A stretch of DNA of 64,000 nt from Flavitalea sp. (GTDB lineage Bacteria; Bacteroidota; Bacteroidia; Chitinophagales; Chitinophagaceae), in the NCBI GenBank assembly GCA_036742645.1, contig DAINQQ010000001.1:4760-68759 (forward strand). The letters run 5' to 3'. Positions 54,780 through 64,000 of the stretch are shown here, one piece after another. The position numbers were made by a program, and so were the translations under genes. How positions within the stretch are numbered: the stretch's first letter is position 1; each line of letters opens with the position of its first letter. The notes under the pieces were generated by a model. That model searched no databases. It was not told the origin of the DNA and saw only the letters and a program-made list of their open reading frames with translations.

Positions 54780-57659
54780 TTACTGATTATTTCTTTGCCT
54801 CGCCGTAACCCCGAAATTTCTAAGCCGATATGAGAATGTAAGCATAAAATATTGCTGCAGCACTTGATTTTGTACATCTTCTGTGTAAGACTCTGTTACC
54901 GTTCTATTGATGCTGCGGTTTTGTTTTAGCAAATCGAATACTGATAATTTCACCTCCCCTTTCTGATCCTTTAGGAATTTCTTGCCTGCGCTCATGTTCC
55001 AAAGCCAGAAATTCTGGTTGAAGCCATCTGAAAGACCCTGGTAATATTGATTACTCAAATCGTTTTGAAAGAGCCAGCCGTTCTTCGAAAGCAGGTTTAA
55101 TTGAAAACCGGCAGAATGATTGAAGTAATTGTTATCCAAATCTGGTTCAAGAGTGCTTTTGACAACGTTGAAATTAGCCGAGTAGCTTAAGTTAAAATCC
55201 ACATACTCATTGATATTACTTGCAAGAACGGCACCGATATTATAATTATACGTGTTAGAAAAAGTCTCCTCGATGGACTTCATTCCCTGTAATTTGACGA
55301 TACCTGGCAGCTTTGACCAAGTGAAGCCCGCGTTCCAGTTCAGGCTTGACTTGATAAACTTTAACGGCATTCCATAAGTAAGGAATGATCGCACGCTCCA
55401 GTAACCATCAAGGTTCACTGGCTTTGAAAACTGGGATCCTTCGCGCAAGATAACTGTTGGTGTGAGTACGGAATCGCGGTCGGCGAAATAAACGAGGTTC
55501 CCGATGTAGTCATTCGTCTTCTCAATGAAAAAATTTGCGAATAAACTGGACAGCTTCGCTGAATTTGTAAAAGAATACCTGGTAACCAGTCGATGGGTAT
55601 ATTGCTGCTGCAAATCCGGATTTCCGGTTGTAATGTACAGAGGGTTATTGTTGTTGATCACGTTCTGCAGCTGCGTTATGGAAGGTTCGTTGGTTGAGCT
55701 TCGGTAAAATAACCGGAGGTTGCTTTTAGCAGAAAGCTTTTTGCGCCACATCATCTCCGGTAAAATATTGCTGAAGGTCTTGCTGATGGTTGCCGTGGTA
55801 GGAAATACCTGATCGCCTTCTAATGTAGCGTGTTGATATGAAGCCCCTATGGAGAACATATTATCTCTGTCTCCTATCCTGTAACTAATACCACCTCTCT
55901 GAGCAGTGTAGTCGTTATCGTATTTGTTCGACAGGCTGGTATCAAACGATGAATATTTTCCCTGGCCTTCATTGAACTGAAACGTTTGCTGGTCGGCTTT
56001 GTTTTTGGAGTAGGAGGGATTATAGTTTATCTGCAACTGTCCCTTCTTCCCGATTGGTTCGGTGTAAGCAAGATTTGCTGAAAGCTGGTATCCATTTGTT
56101 GCCTGGTCAGAGTATTGGCGTAGTGAATCTGTTTCTGTCGGCAAACTTCCTTTGTAAAAATTGTTGATCGCAGTAACATAGCTTTCCCGGTCGTTCTTAC
56201 TAAATCGTGTATTCAGATTCAAGGAAATTGTCCGGCCTCTTTTCGCAAAAGCATGCCGGTATAAAATGCCGTTATTGATATTGTACCCGTCGGAAAGAGA
56301 ATTAGTATTATTGAAAGCTGTGCTTATTGGATTGTCGGGCTTAAAGACATTTCGAGCTTCGAAGGTGGTTATAGATTTATTGCTCTGTAAGCTGACGCTC
56401 GGGGTGATGATCAGGGAATTGTTCGAATCGATCTTATATTCCATTCGCAGGTTTAGTCGATGGTTTGTATTCCTGCTGTCAGAAAGGCTTCTTTCATTAT
56501 CCACGCGTATCGAATCAATACTGCCAAAGTATTCCCGGGTGGATACTTCGCGGTTTGAATTGGCATTATTGTTAAAGAAATAACTTCCACTGATCTCAAA
56601 TTTCTTACTCCACAGGTCCGAAAAATTGATTCCAAATGAATTCGTTTTGCTAATCCCATTCTGCTGACCCACTAAAAAATTATCTGAATTACCACCTCCA
56701 AAGCCGCCACCACCACCACGGGGGCCACCACCTCCTCTACCGCCGCCACCACCGCGTGGTCCACCACCTCCTCGACCCTGGCCGCCTCTATTCTGACTAC
56801 TGGTAACTCCCAACAAGTCCTGAGTAGAGAAGTTTTGTTGATTAATGTTGTTGCTAAGGCCAACGAGTGAAATCCTTCGATTGCCTTTGAAGAAGCTTAC
56901 ATTGCCTCCCGCGGAATACCTGTCATCCGTTCCATAACCCGCGTATAGTCGTCCGAACTGGCCATTGCGCATATCAGCCTTTGTAACAATATTGAGCGAT
57001 TTCGTTGCACTACCGTCATCAAATCCGGTAAACTGTGCCTGATCGCTCATGCGGTCAAACACCTGGATTTTATCTATCACCTGCGCCGGCAGGTTGCGTA
57101 GCGCGGCGGTGGCATCATCACCAAAAAACTCGCGGCCATCGATTGTCACTTTCCGAACCTGTTCTCCCTGGGCGGTCACGGTGCCTTTATCTACCGTTAC
57201 TCCAGGCATTTTCTTCACCATATCCTCGGCATTTGCATCGGGATTTACCTTAAAAGCATTGGCTGAATATTCAAGGGTGTCGGCTTTTTGTTTTACAGGC
57301 GGTGTGGCCGCTTTGATAGTAACCTCTTCTAACAATTTCGCCTGCTTTGAAATAGCAATTATCCCAAGGTCCTTGCTGCTATCTGTCAGAACCACAACCT
57401 GAGAGTCGATTTCGTGCCCGATGGAGGTAATCTTCAAAACATAGGTTTGAGGAATGAGCTCCGTCAATTCAAAAATACCGTCTCGGCCCGAGATCGTATT
57501 GCGCTGGTTGGTTGAATCGTTTTGTACAGTAAGTTTAATGGTGGCGCCCGACAACGGAAGCTTGTCGGTTTTATCCTGCAATAAGCCTTTTATGGAATAG
57601 GTTTGAGCCTGAGTGGCTGAACCAAAAATTATTAATAGGCCGAAAATCAATCTTGACAT
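54780..57659 (-). CDS. Large outer-membrane beta-barrel protein (CarboxypepD_reg N-domain + TonB-dependent-receptor-like plug/barrel)
   Basis: 959-aa ORF with a signal peptide, a CarboxypepD_reg-like start (YSIKGLLQDK...PLSGATIKL), a plug-like region and a long barrel with a C-terminal aromatic residue. It contains a Gly/Arg-rich insert. Confidence 0.82.
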   Translation of the reverse strand: MSRLIFGLLIIFGSATQAQTYSIKGLLQDKTDKLPLSGATIKLTVQNDSTNQRNTISGRDGIFELTELIPQTYVLKITSIGHEIDSQVVVLTDSSKDLGIIAISKQAKLLEEVTIKAATPPVKQKADTLEYSANAFKVNPDANAEDMVKKMPGVTVDKGTVTAQGEQVRKVTIDGREFFGDDATAALRNLPAQVIDKIQVFDRMSDQAQFTGFDDGSATKSLNIVTKADMRNGQFGRLYAGYGTDDRYSAGGNVSFFKGNRRISLVGLSNNINQQNFSTQDLLGVTSSQNRGGQGRGGGGPRGGGGGRGGGGPRGGGGGFGGGNSDNFLVGQQNGISKTNSFGINFSDLWSKKFEISGSYFFNNNANSNREVSTREYFGSIDSIRVDNERSLSDSRNTNHRLNLRMEYKIDSNNSLIITPSVSLQSNKSITTFEARNVFKPDNPISTAFNNTNSLSDGYNINNGILYRHAFAKRGRTISLNLNTRFSKNDRESYVTAINNFYKGSLPTETDSLRQYSDQATNGYQLSANLAYTEPIGKKGQLQINYNPSYSKNKADQQTFQFNEGQGKYSSFDTSLSNKYDNDYTAQRGGISYRIGDRDNMFSIGASYQHATLEGDQVFPTTATISKTFSNILPEMMWRKKLSAKSNLRLFYRSSTNEPSITQLQNVINNNNPLYITTGNPDLQQQYTHRLVTRYSFTNSAKLSSLFANFFIEKTNDYIGNLVYFADRDSVLTPTVILREGSQFSKPVNLDGYWSVRSFLTYGMPLKFIKSSLNWNAGFTWSKLPGIVKLQGMKSIEETFSNTYNYNIGAVLASNINEYVDFNLSYSANFNVVKSTLEPDLDNNYFNHSAGFQLNLLSKNGWLFQNDLSNQYYQGLSDGFNQNFWLWNMSAGKKFLKDQKGEVKLSVFDLLKQNRSINRTVTESYTEDVQNQVLQQYFMLTFSYRLRNFGVTARQRNNQ

Positions 57660-58084
57660 ATTACCAGTTGTGCTGGTTGGACGGTAAACTGGCCAAAAAC
57701 CTTCGTGTTGTAATCCCCGATGGGATTAAAGGGCAGGGAATCATCTCAAATGAAGTAATGAACCGCAGTTACTACACCGGCAGGTTGCAAACGAGGCGGA
57801 TTCCATGCATCGGATATTGATAAAGCTTCACCGTCTAAGATCCATTTTTATCCATCCACAAACAGCCATCTTCTGCAAATGCTCTTACAAGCCCTTTTTA
57901 ATTCATTAAATATTAATACCTGACCCTGAAAAGTTATCCGAATGGCAGGAAATACTTTGTCGAGCTCGCTTGTTCCAAAGATGTTGCAGGATCTGCAATT
58001 TACAAGGATTGACAAGTAAAAGGCAATTAGAGTTCCCTTTAATACCTGTCTACTTTACACGGACATCTACAAATAAATAAAATT

Positions 58085-58777
58085 ATGATTCCGACATTGA
58101 TAATTCTTCTCCTAAAGAAATATAAGGCCTGCGGGAGCTGGCGGCTAGTGGCAATTGAGTTGCAAACAGCCGTTTTACCTGCCGTTAGAAAATTTTTCGG
58201 ATTGCTTGTACTTGGCTTGTTATTGGCCTTTACTCTTTGCGGGCAGAAAACAATGTTGCAATACGCCATCTTCCATGATGGAGAAAAAGTGGGACACCTG
58301 AATATAAATTCTTCTTGCACAAGTGACAGGATCCAATTAAAAATGGAATCCGAAGTAAAGACAAGAATAATTTTTCGAATAAATGTTTTCAGTAGGGAGG
58401 AAACGATCATCAGTGACGGTAAAATAATTTATTCATCGATATTCCGTAGGATAAATGGAGATGAGAAAGCTAATCAACAATTAAAGAGTATACATAACGG
58501 ATACCAGGTCATCCGTCCCGGTCAAACAAAAATACTGGATCATGAAGCATTTGAGTATAACATGCTCCTCTTCTATACGAAGGAACCAGTCGATATCCAC
58601 CAGGCATATTCTGACAATTACCAAAAGTATATAAATATCAAGAAGGTAGACAGCAACCGGTACATGGTTTCGCTTCCGAATGGAAGCAAAAACGTCTACA
58701 CATACAATGCTGGCATTTGCACAATGGTAGAAGTAAACCATTCCCTGTACAACCTAAAATTTATTCTTCAGCGATAA
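58085..58777 (+). CDS. Hypothetical secreted protein (possibly DUF6134-like; not confidently recognised)
   Basis: 230-aa track ORF. A signal-like segment, FFGLLVLGLLLAFTLCGQ, suggests a later start. It is the first gene of a tightly packed plus-strand cluster. Confidence 0.5.
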   Translation: MIPTLIILLLKKYKACGSWRLVAIELQTAVLPAVRKFFGLLVLGLLLAFTLCGQKTMLQYAIFHDGEKVGHLNINSSCTSDRIQLKMESEVKTRIIFRINVFSREETIISDGKIIYSSIFRRINGDEKANQQLKSIHNGYQVIRPGQTKILDHEAFEYNMLLFYTKEPVDIHQAYSDNYQKYINIKKVDSNRYMVSLPNGSKNVYTYNAGICTMVEVNHSLYNLKFILQR

Positions 58778-58788
58778 ATATTATTAAA

Positions 58789-59451
58789 ATGACAACGATC
58801 AATCAATTGATGTTGATTTCATCCTTTTCGGCCTTGTTTTTTTTGGTATCTACGCTGTTGTCGGAAAGAAACACGAAAGACTCTTCCGGTACCCAAATGC
58901 TCGGCATTCAGAATCTGAGACATGTTGCCGGCATGGTACTTTTCGGAACTCCCTTTATCCGATTACTCGAGGCATCATTTCCGGCTTACCCGGTTTCATC
59001 AGGTTCTTATCTAAGTCATTGTGTTTTTTCCGGAGTTGCTGTTTTGAGTGTGTGGATCGCGTATAAAAGCGCAGATTTGAAAAAACGTGAATGGCGTGCT
59101 GCTTATAATGATATTACGGGATCGCAAGTGGCTATCTACATTTCATTACGAATTCCTTTCCTGATACTTTATGAATGTTTTTTTCGTGGCACCCTGCTTG
59201 CAATCAGTATTCCCTTGCTTGGAATCCACTGGGCAATTGCGATAAATATCATTCTTTATGTTCTTTTTCATTATTCCAGTTCCATTCAGGAAATGGTTGC
59301 ATGCATTCCCTTCGGATTAGTACTTTGTTTATTGACCATTTGGTGGCAGTCGGTTTTCCCCGCGATTTTACTACATCTTATTCTCTCGCTGGTACATGAA
59401 TCGATTCTGTTTAAACCCTGGATTGTCTCCACTAAAACACCTACATCATGA
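58789..59451 (+). CDS. CPBP family intramembrane glutamic endopeptidase (CAAX protease-like)
   Basis: Polytopic ORF with an E-x3-R motif (YECFFRGTLL) and downstream FHY / HLILSLVHE motifs. I place the start at ATG 58789, 12 nt after the previous stop. Confidence 0.78.
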   Translation: MTTINQLMLISSFSALFFLVSTLLSERNTKDSSGTQMLGIQNLRHVAGMVLFGTPFIRLLEASFPAYPVSSGSYLSHCVFSGVAVLSVWIAYKSADLKKREWRAAYNDITGSQVAIYISLRIPFLILYECFFRGTLLAISIPLLGIHWAIAINIILYVLFHYSSSIQEMVACIPFGLVLCLLTIWWQSVFPAILLHLILSLVHESILFKPWIVSTKTPTS

Positions 59452-60440
59452 AAGTTTTTATAACGGGTGCAACCGGTTACTTAGGTAACCGCCTGGCACA
59501 CTCACTGGCAGAACAAGGTAACCAGGTTCACGCGCTTGTTAGAAATAAAAGTGCAGCGAAAAATGTCCATCATCAAAACATCACGTTATTTGAAGGCGAT
59601 GTCCTGTTGCGTGATACGATTACACCAGCCATCATGGGGTGTACCCATGCCTACCATACTGCCGCGATGGTGAAGCTGTGTTCAAGGAAACCTGGTGCTT
59701 TATATTCAGTGAATGTTGACGGAACCAATAATGTACTTGGAGAAGCGTACGAACAGGGAGTACGGAAAGTCGTATGTACCAGTTCCTGTGGTGTTCTTGG
59801 AAATTCTGTGAAGGAGCCCATGCGGGAAACTGATCCGCGAATATCTTCGTTTGATAACGACTATGAACTTTCAAAGTCTATGGCGGAAAAGGTTGCTTCT
59901 GATTACGCTAGCAAGGGCTTGTTTGTAACAATTGTAAGACCATCAAAAATATTCGGTCCGGGACCCGAAACTCACCCAATCAGTGTCAACCAAATCATAA
60001 AACTTTTTCTGGAAAGGAAAGTCGCGTTCATGCCAAGCCCTGCAAGCGTGCTGGCGAACTATTGCTTTATAGATGATGTCGTAAAGGGCTGCCAGCGCGC
60101 CATTAGCCATGGAGTCAGTGGAGAAAAATATATACTCGGAGGAGAGAATGTTTCTTATTACGATTTCTTTCAACGGCTTCGTAGCATTACCGGAATAAAA
60201 GGGATCCTTGTTCCCGCACCCCGATATCTTGTTCAGGGCGTCGCGGTAGCAGTGAAAATTGCATCACAGTTCTCTTCCAATGATCCTTTCATTACAGCCA
60301 AAGGCGTTAAACATTTGTATGCAAACAAGGCCTACAGCAGCAATAGAGCAATATGCCAGCTCGGGTACCAAATCACATCTCTTAATGAAGGACTGGAAAA
60401 AACCGTCCAATTCTTAAAAAGTAACAACTATGCCAGTTAG
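59448..60440 (+). CDS. NAD-dependent epimerase/dehydratase family protein
   Basis: Rossmann motif VFITGATGYLG and a YxxxK motif (YELSK). A 4-nt ATGA overlap joins it to the CPBP gene. Confidence 0.87.
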   Translation: MKVFITGATGYLGNRLAHSLAEQGNQVHALVRNKSAAKNVHHQNITLFEGDVLLRDTITPAIMGCTHAYHTAAMVKLCSRKPGALYSVNVDGTNNVLGEAYEQGVRKVVCTSSCGVLGNSVKEPMRETDPRISSFDNDYELSKSMAEKVASDYASKGLFVTIVRPSKIFGPGPETHPISVNQIIKLFLERKVAFMPSPASVLANYCFIDDVVKGCQRAISHGVSGEKYILGGENVSYYDFFQRLRSITGIKGILVPAPRYLVQGVAVAVKIASQFSSNDPFITAKGVKHLYANKAYSSNRAICQLGYQITSLNEGLEKTVQFLKSNNYAS

Positions 60441-61359
60441 AAATTATACTGTAATTACCGGCGCAAGCCAGGGTTTTGGAAAATCCCTGGCAATAGAATG
60501 CGCCTCGAGACAGATGAACCTTGTCTTGGTTGCACTTCCAGGTGCAGACCTTTACTTCCTTTCAGACTTCATCCGGCGCAACTATGCTGTTGATGTCATT
60601 TCAGTAGAAAAGGATCTTTCGAGTGAGGAAGAATGTGTTGCCCTTTTTGAATTCATTTCATCCTCCTCATTGTCTGTCAATATGTTGATAAACAATGCAG
60701 GAATTGGAAGCACGATGCCCTTCGAAGAGGGAAGTATTTACTTTTATCAACAACAAATAAAGGTAAACGTACTGGCTACCACACTGATCACCCGGTTATT
60801 TCTCGGATTGATGCGAAAGCATAAGTGCTCCTATATTTTGAACGTCGGCAGCCTAAGTTCATTTTTCTTCCTGCCTGGTAAAGAAGTGTATTCAGGAACG
60901 AAGGCGTTCATTTATTCTTTTACCAAAAGCCTTCGAAGGGAGGTAAGATCTTCGGGTATAAAGGTAAGTCTCGTTTGCCCTGGGGGGATGAATACGAATC
61001 TGTCTCTGACCCTGTTTAATAAACGAGGTTCATACTTGTCGCGGCTCTCTATCATGAATCCTGAGGATGTGGCCCCGCTTGCTATTGAAGGGCTGCTTCA
61101 GGGAAAAGAAATTATTATTCCGGGTAAGGTCAATCGTATGTTCCTCTTTTTAAATAATATACTGCCCGCACGCATAAAAAACCGCCTGGCACGATTCGGG
61201 ATGAAGAAAATGAAAACGTTCACTCCGGCTGCCGCAATATCACAATCAATCGTTTGTTCCGCCTTTCAGCCAGGGATTACCCCTACAGGAGGCAATCAGC
61301 CAGCTATACTCGCATTTGCGCTTAGTGGGGCGGGCAAACGTAGTGACAGCTTTCGTTGA
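60430..61359 (+). CDS. SDR family oxidoreductase
   Basis: TGASQGFG, NNAG and YSGTK motifs. It overlaps the upstream gene by 11 nt. Confidence 0.87.
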   Translation: MPVRNYTVITGASQGFGKSLAIECASRQMNLVLVALPGADLYFLSDFIRRNYAVDVISVEKDLSSEEECVALFEFISSSSLSVNMLINNAGIGSTMPFEEGSIYFYQQQIKVNVLATTLITRLFLGLMRKHKCSYILNVGSLSSFFFLPGKEVYSGTKAFIYSFTKSLRREVRSSGIKVSLVCPGGMNTNLSLTLFNKRGSYLSRLSIMNPEDVAPLAIEGLLQGKEIIIPGKVNRMFLFLNNILPARIKNRLARFGMKKMKTFTPAAAISQSIVCSAFQPGITPTGGNQPAILAFALSGAGKRSDSFR

Positions 61360-61633
61360 ATCACCCGATCAACCGGCTGATGACGGTCAAGCGATGAGAA
61401 AACGGGCCTGCCTTCTTTTCAGATACAATGCTTTTAATGCCAATTTTTCAAGTCGGGAGCAACAAATGTTTCATAATGGGGTTAATAGCCTTCTCTGAAG
61501 ATTGAGGCAGGTCATGCAGCGTTAGTTCGCTCAGGTTATTCCTCAATCGAATGGGCGGAGAAAATTTACCCTTATTTTTGCAAAATCTTACCTCAGCTTA
61601 TCTGCATCAAATATTGGAAGGACTGCCGCTATA

Positions 61634-62830
61634 ATGACCAATAATCCCTCATACCAGGAAAAATTTGATGATTTACATGCGTGTGTATTGATACCCACTT
61701 ATAATAATGAAAACACCCTGTCAAAGGTTATCCAGGATGTATCGGAATACACGCTGAACATCATTGTTGTAAATGATGGAAGCACAGACGGCAGCCTCGA
61801 GGTTCTTCAAAAGCTTCCCCAGGTAAAAAGCATAAGCTATAAACAAAACAAGGGCAAGGGCTGGGCACTGCGGCAGGGAATTGAGATAGCCCGTCAGGCG
61901 GGATACGATTATGCTATCTCTATTGATTCGGATGGACAGCATTTACCGAGCGAACTGCCCCGGTTCTTGGAAAAGGCAGAACAATTTCCCGATGCCATTA
62001 TTATTGGCGCCCGGAATATGGACCAGGAAAGCGTGCCCGGCAAAAGCAGCTTTGGACACAAATTTTCCAACTTCTGGTTCAAGGTGGAAACCGGGATTTC
62101 CGCCCCGGACACACAGTCGGGTTATCGGATGTACCCTTTATTCCTTTTAGAAGATATGCGTTTTATCACCCGCAAATATGAGTTTGAGATAGAGGTGTTG
62201 GTTCGTGCGGCATGGAAAGGAGTTAAAATTGAGTCTGTACCGGTGTCGGTGTATTATGCGCCCAGAGAATCCCGAGTTTCACACTTTCGTCCTTTCAAAG
62301 ACTTTTCCAGAATTAGCGTCCTGAATACTTTTCTTGTGATCATCACATTCCTTTACATCAAGCCAAGAAATTTCTTTCGCGCATTATGGAACAAGAAAAA
62401 ACGAAGACAATTATTAGATGATCATTTGTTGAGTCCGCATCATTCGGATGAACTTAAGGCGATATCCATCGCCTTTGGCACTTTCATGGGGATTGTTCCA
62501 ATCTGGGGATTCCAGCTGGCAACCGCCATCTTCCTATCCATTCTTCTCAAACTCAACAAAACGTTGGTGATACTAACTGCCAATATCAGCATCCCCCCGA
62601 TGATCCCGGTGATTATATTTCTGAGTTACAAGATGGGCGCGTACTGGATGGGAGTTGATGCGCTCGATCTCTCTTTCGATCGGAATATTACTTTACAGAC
62701 GATTTACAACAACCTGCAGCAATATATTTTCGGTAGCATAACGTTGGCGGTTGTTGCCGGACTTACCTTCGGGATACTATCATATCTGTTACTCAAAATT
62801 TTCAAACGAAATACTTCTGTAGTAGCGTAA
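61634..62830 (+). CDS. Family 2 glycosyltransferase fused to a DUF2062 membrane domain
   Basis: GT2 N-terminus (CVLIPTYNNE...VVNDGSTDGS...DSDGQH). The C-terminal polytopic part has the DUF2062 pattern (GTFMGIVPIWGFQ). Confidence 0.85.
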   Translation: MTNNPSYQEKFDDLHACVLIPTYNNENTLSKVIQDVSEYTLNIIVVNDGSTDGSLEVLQKLPQVKSISYKQNKGKGWALRQGIEIARQAGYDYAISIDSDGQHLPSELPRFLEKAEQFPDAIIIGARNMDQESVPGKSSFGHKFSNFWFKVETGISAPDTQSGYRMYPLFLLEDMRFITRKYEFEIEVLVRAAWKGVKIESVPVSVYYAPRESRVSHFRPFKDFSRISVLNTFLVIITFLYIKPRNFFRALWNKKKRRQLLDDHLLSPHHSDELKAISIAFGTFMGIVPIWGFQLATAIFLSILLKLNKTLVILTANISIPPMIPVIIFLSYKMGAYWMGVDALDLSFDRNITLQTIYNNLQQYIFGSITLAVVAGLTFGILSYLLLKIFKRNTSVVA

Positions 62831-62841
62831 GTTGTGTTGTA

Positions 62842-64000
62842 ATGGAAAAGATATTTCTACCCATCTTTAATTTCTTTGAAAAGCGACGTGTTGCTTTATT
62901 TATCATTTTCTTTTCCTGTTTGATCATTTCGGGTTTCTTTGCTTCACGCATACAGCTCGAAGAAGATATTTCTAAAATTTTACCCGATGATCAGAAAATT
63001 CAAAAGCTAAATGAGGTTTTCCAGGATTCAAAATTCCTCGACAAACTGGTTATTACGATTTCGACCATAGATTCAACACAGGAGGCACAGCCGGACAGCC
63101 TTGTAGCATTTGCGGAGATACTTGTAACAAAAGTCAACGATGAGCTGAATCCGTATATAAAGAGTGTTCAGGATAAGGTTGATGATGGACTCGCTCTGGA
63201 AATGTTTGGCAGTATCCATGACAATCTTCCTGTTTACCTGGAGGAAAAGGACTATCATTCCATCGATTCACTGACAGAAAGGGAAACGATTCGGCAAACC
63301 TTACAGAACAATATTCGTACTCTAAGTTCTCCCGCAGGCGTCGCCTTTAAGAACATAATCGTTAAAGACCCTACTGGCATTTCTTTACTAGGCATAAAGA
63401 AATTACAGCAGCTTCAGTACGATGAAAATTTCGAGTTATACGATGGATACATTGTAACGAAGGACCAGCGGAACCTAATGTTATTTGTTACACCCGCGTT
63501 CCCTGCAAACAATACAGGAAAAAACTCTGTAATGCTGAAGGGACTGGACGGACTAATCGACAGTATTCAGCAAACGCACAAAAATGTGCAGGCTTTTTAT
63601 TTTGGAGCAGCCGCGGTATCAACAGGAAATGCGGAACAGTTGCGAAGAGATACCTTCCTTACGCAGGGCATCACCATATTGTTCCTGATTGTTTTTATTG
63701 CCATCTACTTTAAAAAAGTAAGTGCTCCGTTCCTGGTATTGGTACCGGTTATATTCGGATGTTTATTTTCGTTAGCAATCATATATCTTATCCAGGGAAA
63801 GATTTCTGTGATAGCTCTTGCCACCGGTTCGGTTGTCCTGGGCATTGCGATTAATTATTCGCTGCACATATTCAATCACTTTCGCCACACGCGTGATATT
63901 AAAGCGGTTGTCAATGATCTGTCTGCTCCCATGACGATTGGCAGCTTCACCACCATCGGCGGCTTTATCTGCCTGCAGTTTGTACAATCAGAGATCTTGA
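62842..64000 (+). CDS. MMPL/RND-type exporter, 5' part (runs off the window)
   Basis: Manual translation from ATG 62842 (MEKIFLPIFNFFEKRRVALFIIFF...) is open for 386 codons to the window end. It shows a TM segment, a large loop, then a TM bundle, as in MMPL exporters. It is absent from the track because no stop is reached. Confidence 0.78.
   Translation, partial: MEKIFLPIFNFFEKRRVALFIIFFSCLIISGFFASRIQLEEDISKILPDDQKIQKLNEVFQDSKFLDKLVITISTIDSTQEAQPDSLVAFAEILVTKVNDELNPYIKSVQDKVDDGLALEMFGSIHDNLPVYLEEKDYHSIDSLTERETIRQTLQNNIRTLSSPAGVAFKNIIVKDPTGISLLGIKKLQQLQYDENFELYDGYIVTKDQRNLMLFVTPAFPANNTGKNSVMLKGLDGLIDSIQQTHKNVQAFYFGAAAVSTGNAEQLRRDTFLTQGITILFLIVFIAIYFKKVSAPFLVLVPVIFGCLFSLAIIYLIQGKISVIALATGSVVLGIAINYSLHIFNHFRHTRDIKAVVNDLSAPMTIGSFTTIGGFICLQFVQSEIL

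Noticed and set aside
56690-56790. The Gly/Arg-rich low-complexity insert (GGGGPRGGGGGRGGGG...) in the OMP considered as something novel
   Set aside because: Similar glycine-rich stretches occur in this outer-membrane barrel family in Bacteroidota as I recall. It is a compositional feature, not an independent element.
57700-57860. Possible cobalamin riboswitch upstream of the large TonB-receptor-like gene. The minus strand has GCAACCTGCCGG (a B12-box-like ACCTGCC core, plus-strand 57779-57785), GGTGAAGC and GGAATCC.
   Set aside because: The elements are in the wrong order and spacing. The conserved GGGAA...CCCGC.ACUG core is missing, and the downstream protein is not BtuB-like. A covariance-model scan would be needed to revive the idea.

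Overview
The window looks like a chromosomal segment from a Bacteroidota genome, probably Chitinophagia or Sphingobacteriia. This taxon call is an inference from gene content: a PadR-PspC pair, stand-alone FeoA, DUF2480, a CarboxypepD_reg-type giant OMP, ECF sigma, a LytS/LytTR pair, and characteristic REP-like intergenic repeats. I call about 58 protein-coding genes, which are mostly housekeeping: gcvT, asnS, feoB, recQ, kpsF, nadD, ybeY, mnmG, nadA, a ppiD-like gene and corA. There is one tRNA-Phe and several intrinsic terminators. I recognised no rRNA, CRISPR array, transposase, integrase, phage gene or known defence gene. Four regions are less ordinary. (1) A minus-strand metal/redox string at 15.3-20.3 kb runs HAD, arsC, an untracked 30-codon Cys/Met-rich micro-ORF with its own terminator, arsR, an aminotransferase, a DsbA-like gene and Mn-catalase. 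(2) A dispersed ATTTGAAA-based repeat family brackets intergenic spacers at 1.3, 21.7-21.9 and 51.9 kb. (3) An 817-bp ORF-free, hairpin-dense spacer lies between convergent genes at 47.0-47.8 kb, next to a corA whose N-terminal reading frame has no usable start codon. (4) A tightly packed plus-strand cluster at 58-64 kb (CPBP protease, epimerase, SDR, GT2-DUF2062, MMPL exporter) resembles the tailoring/export end of aryl-polyene or flexirubin-type lipid clusters and runs off the window. All functional calls come from my own recognition of the translated ORFs and motifs. No database search was run.
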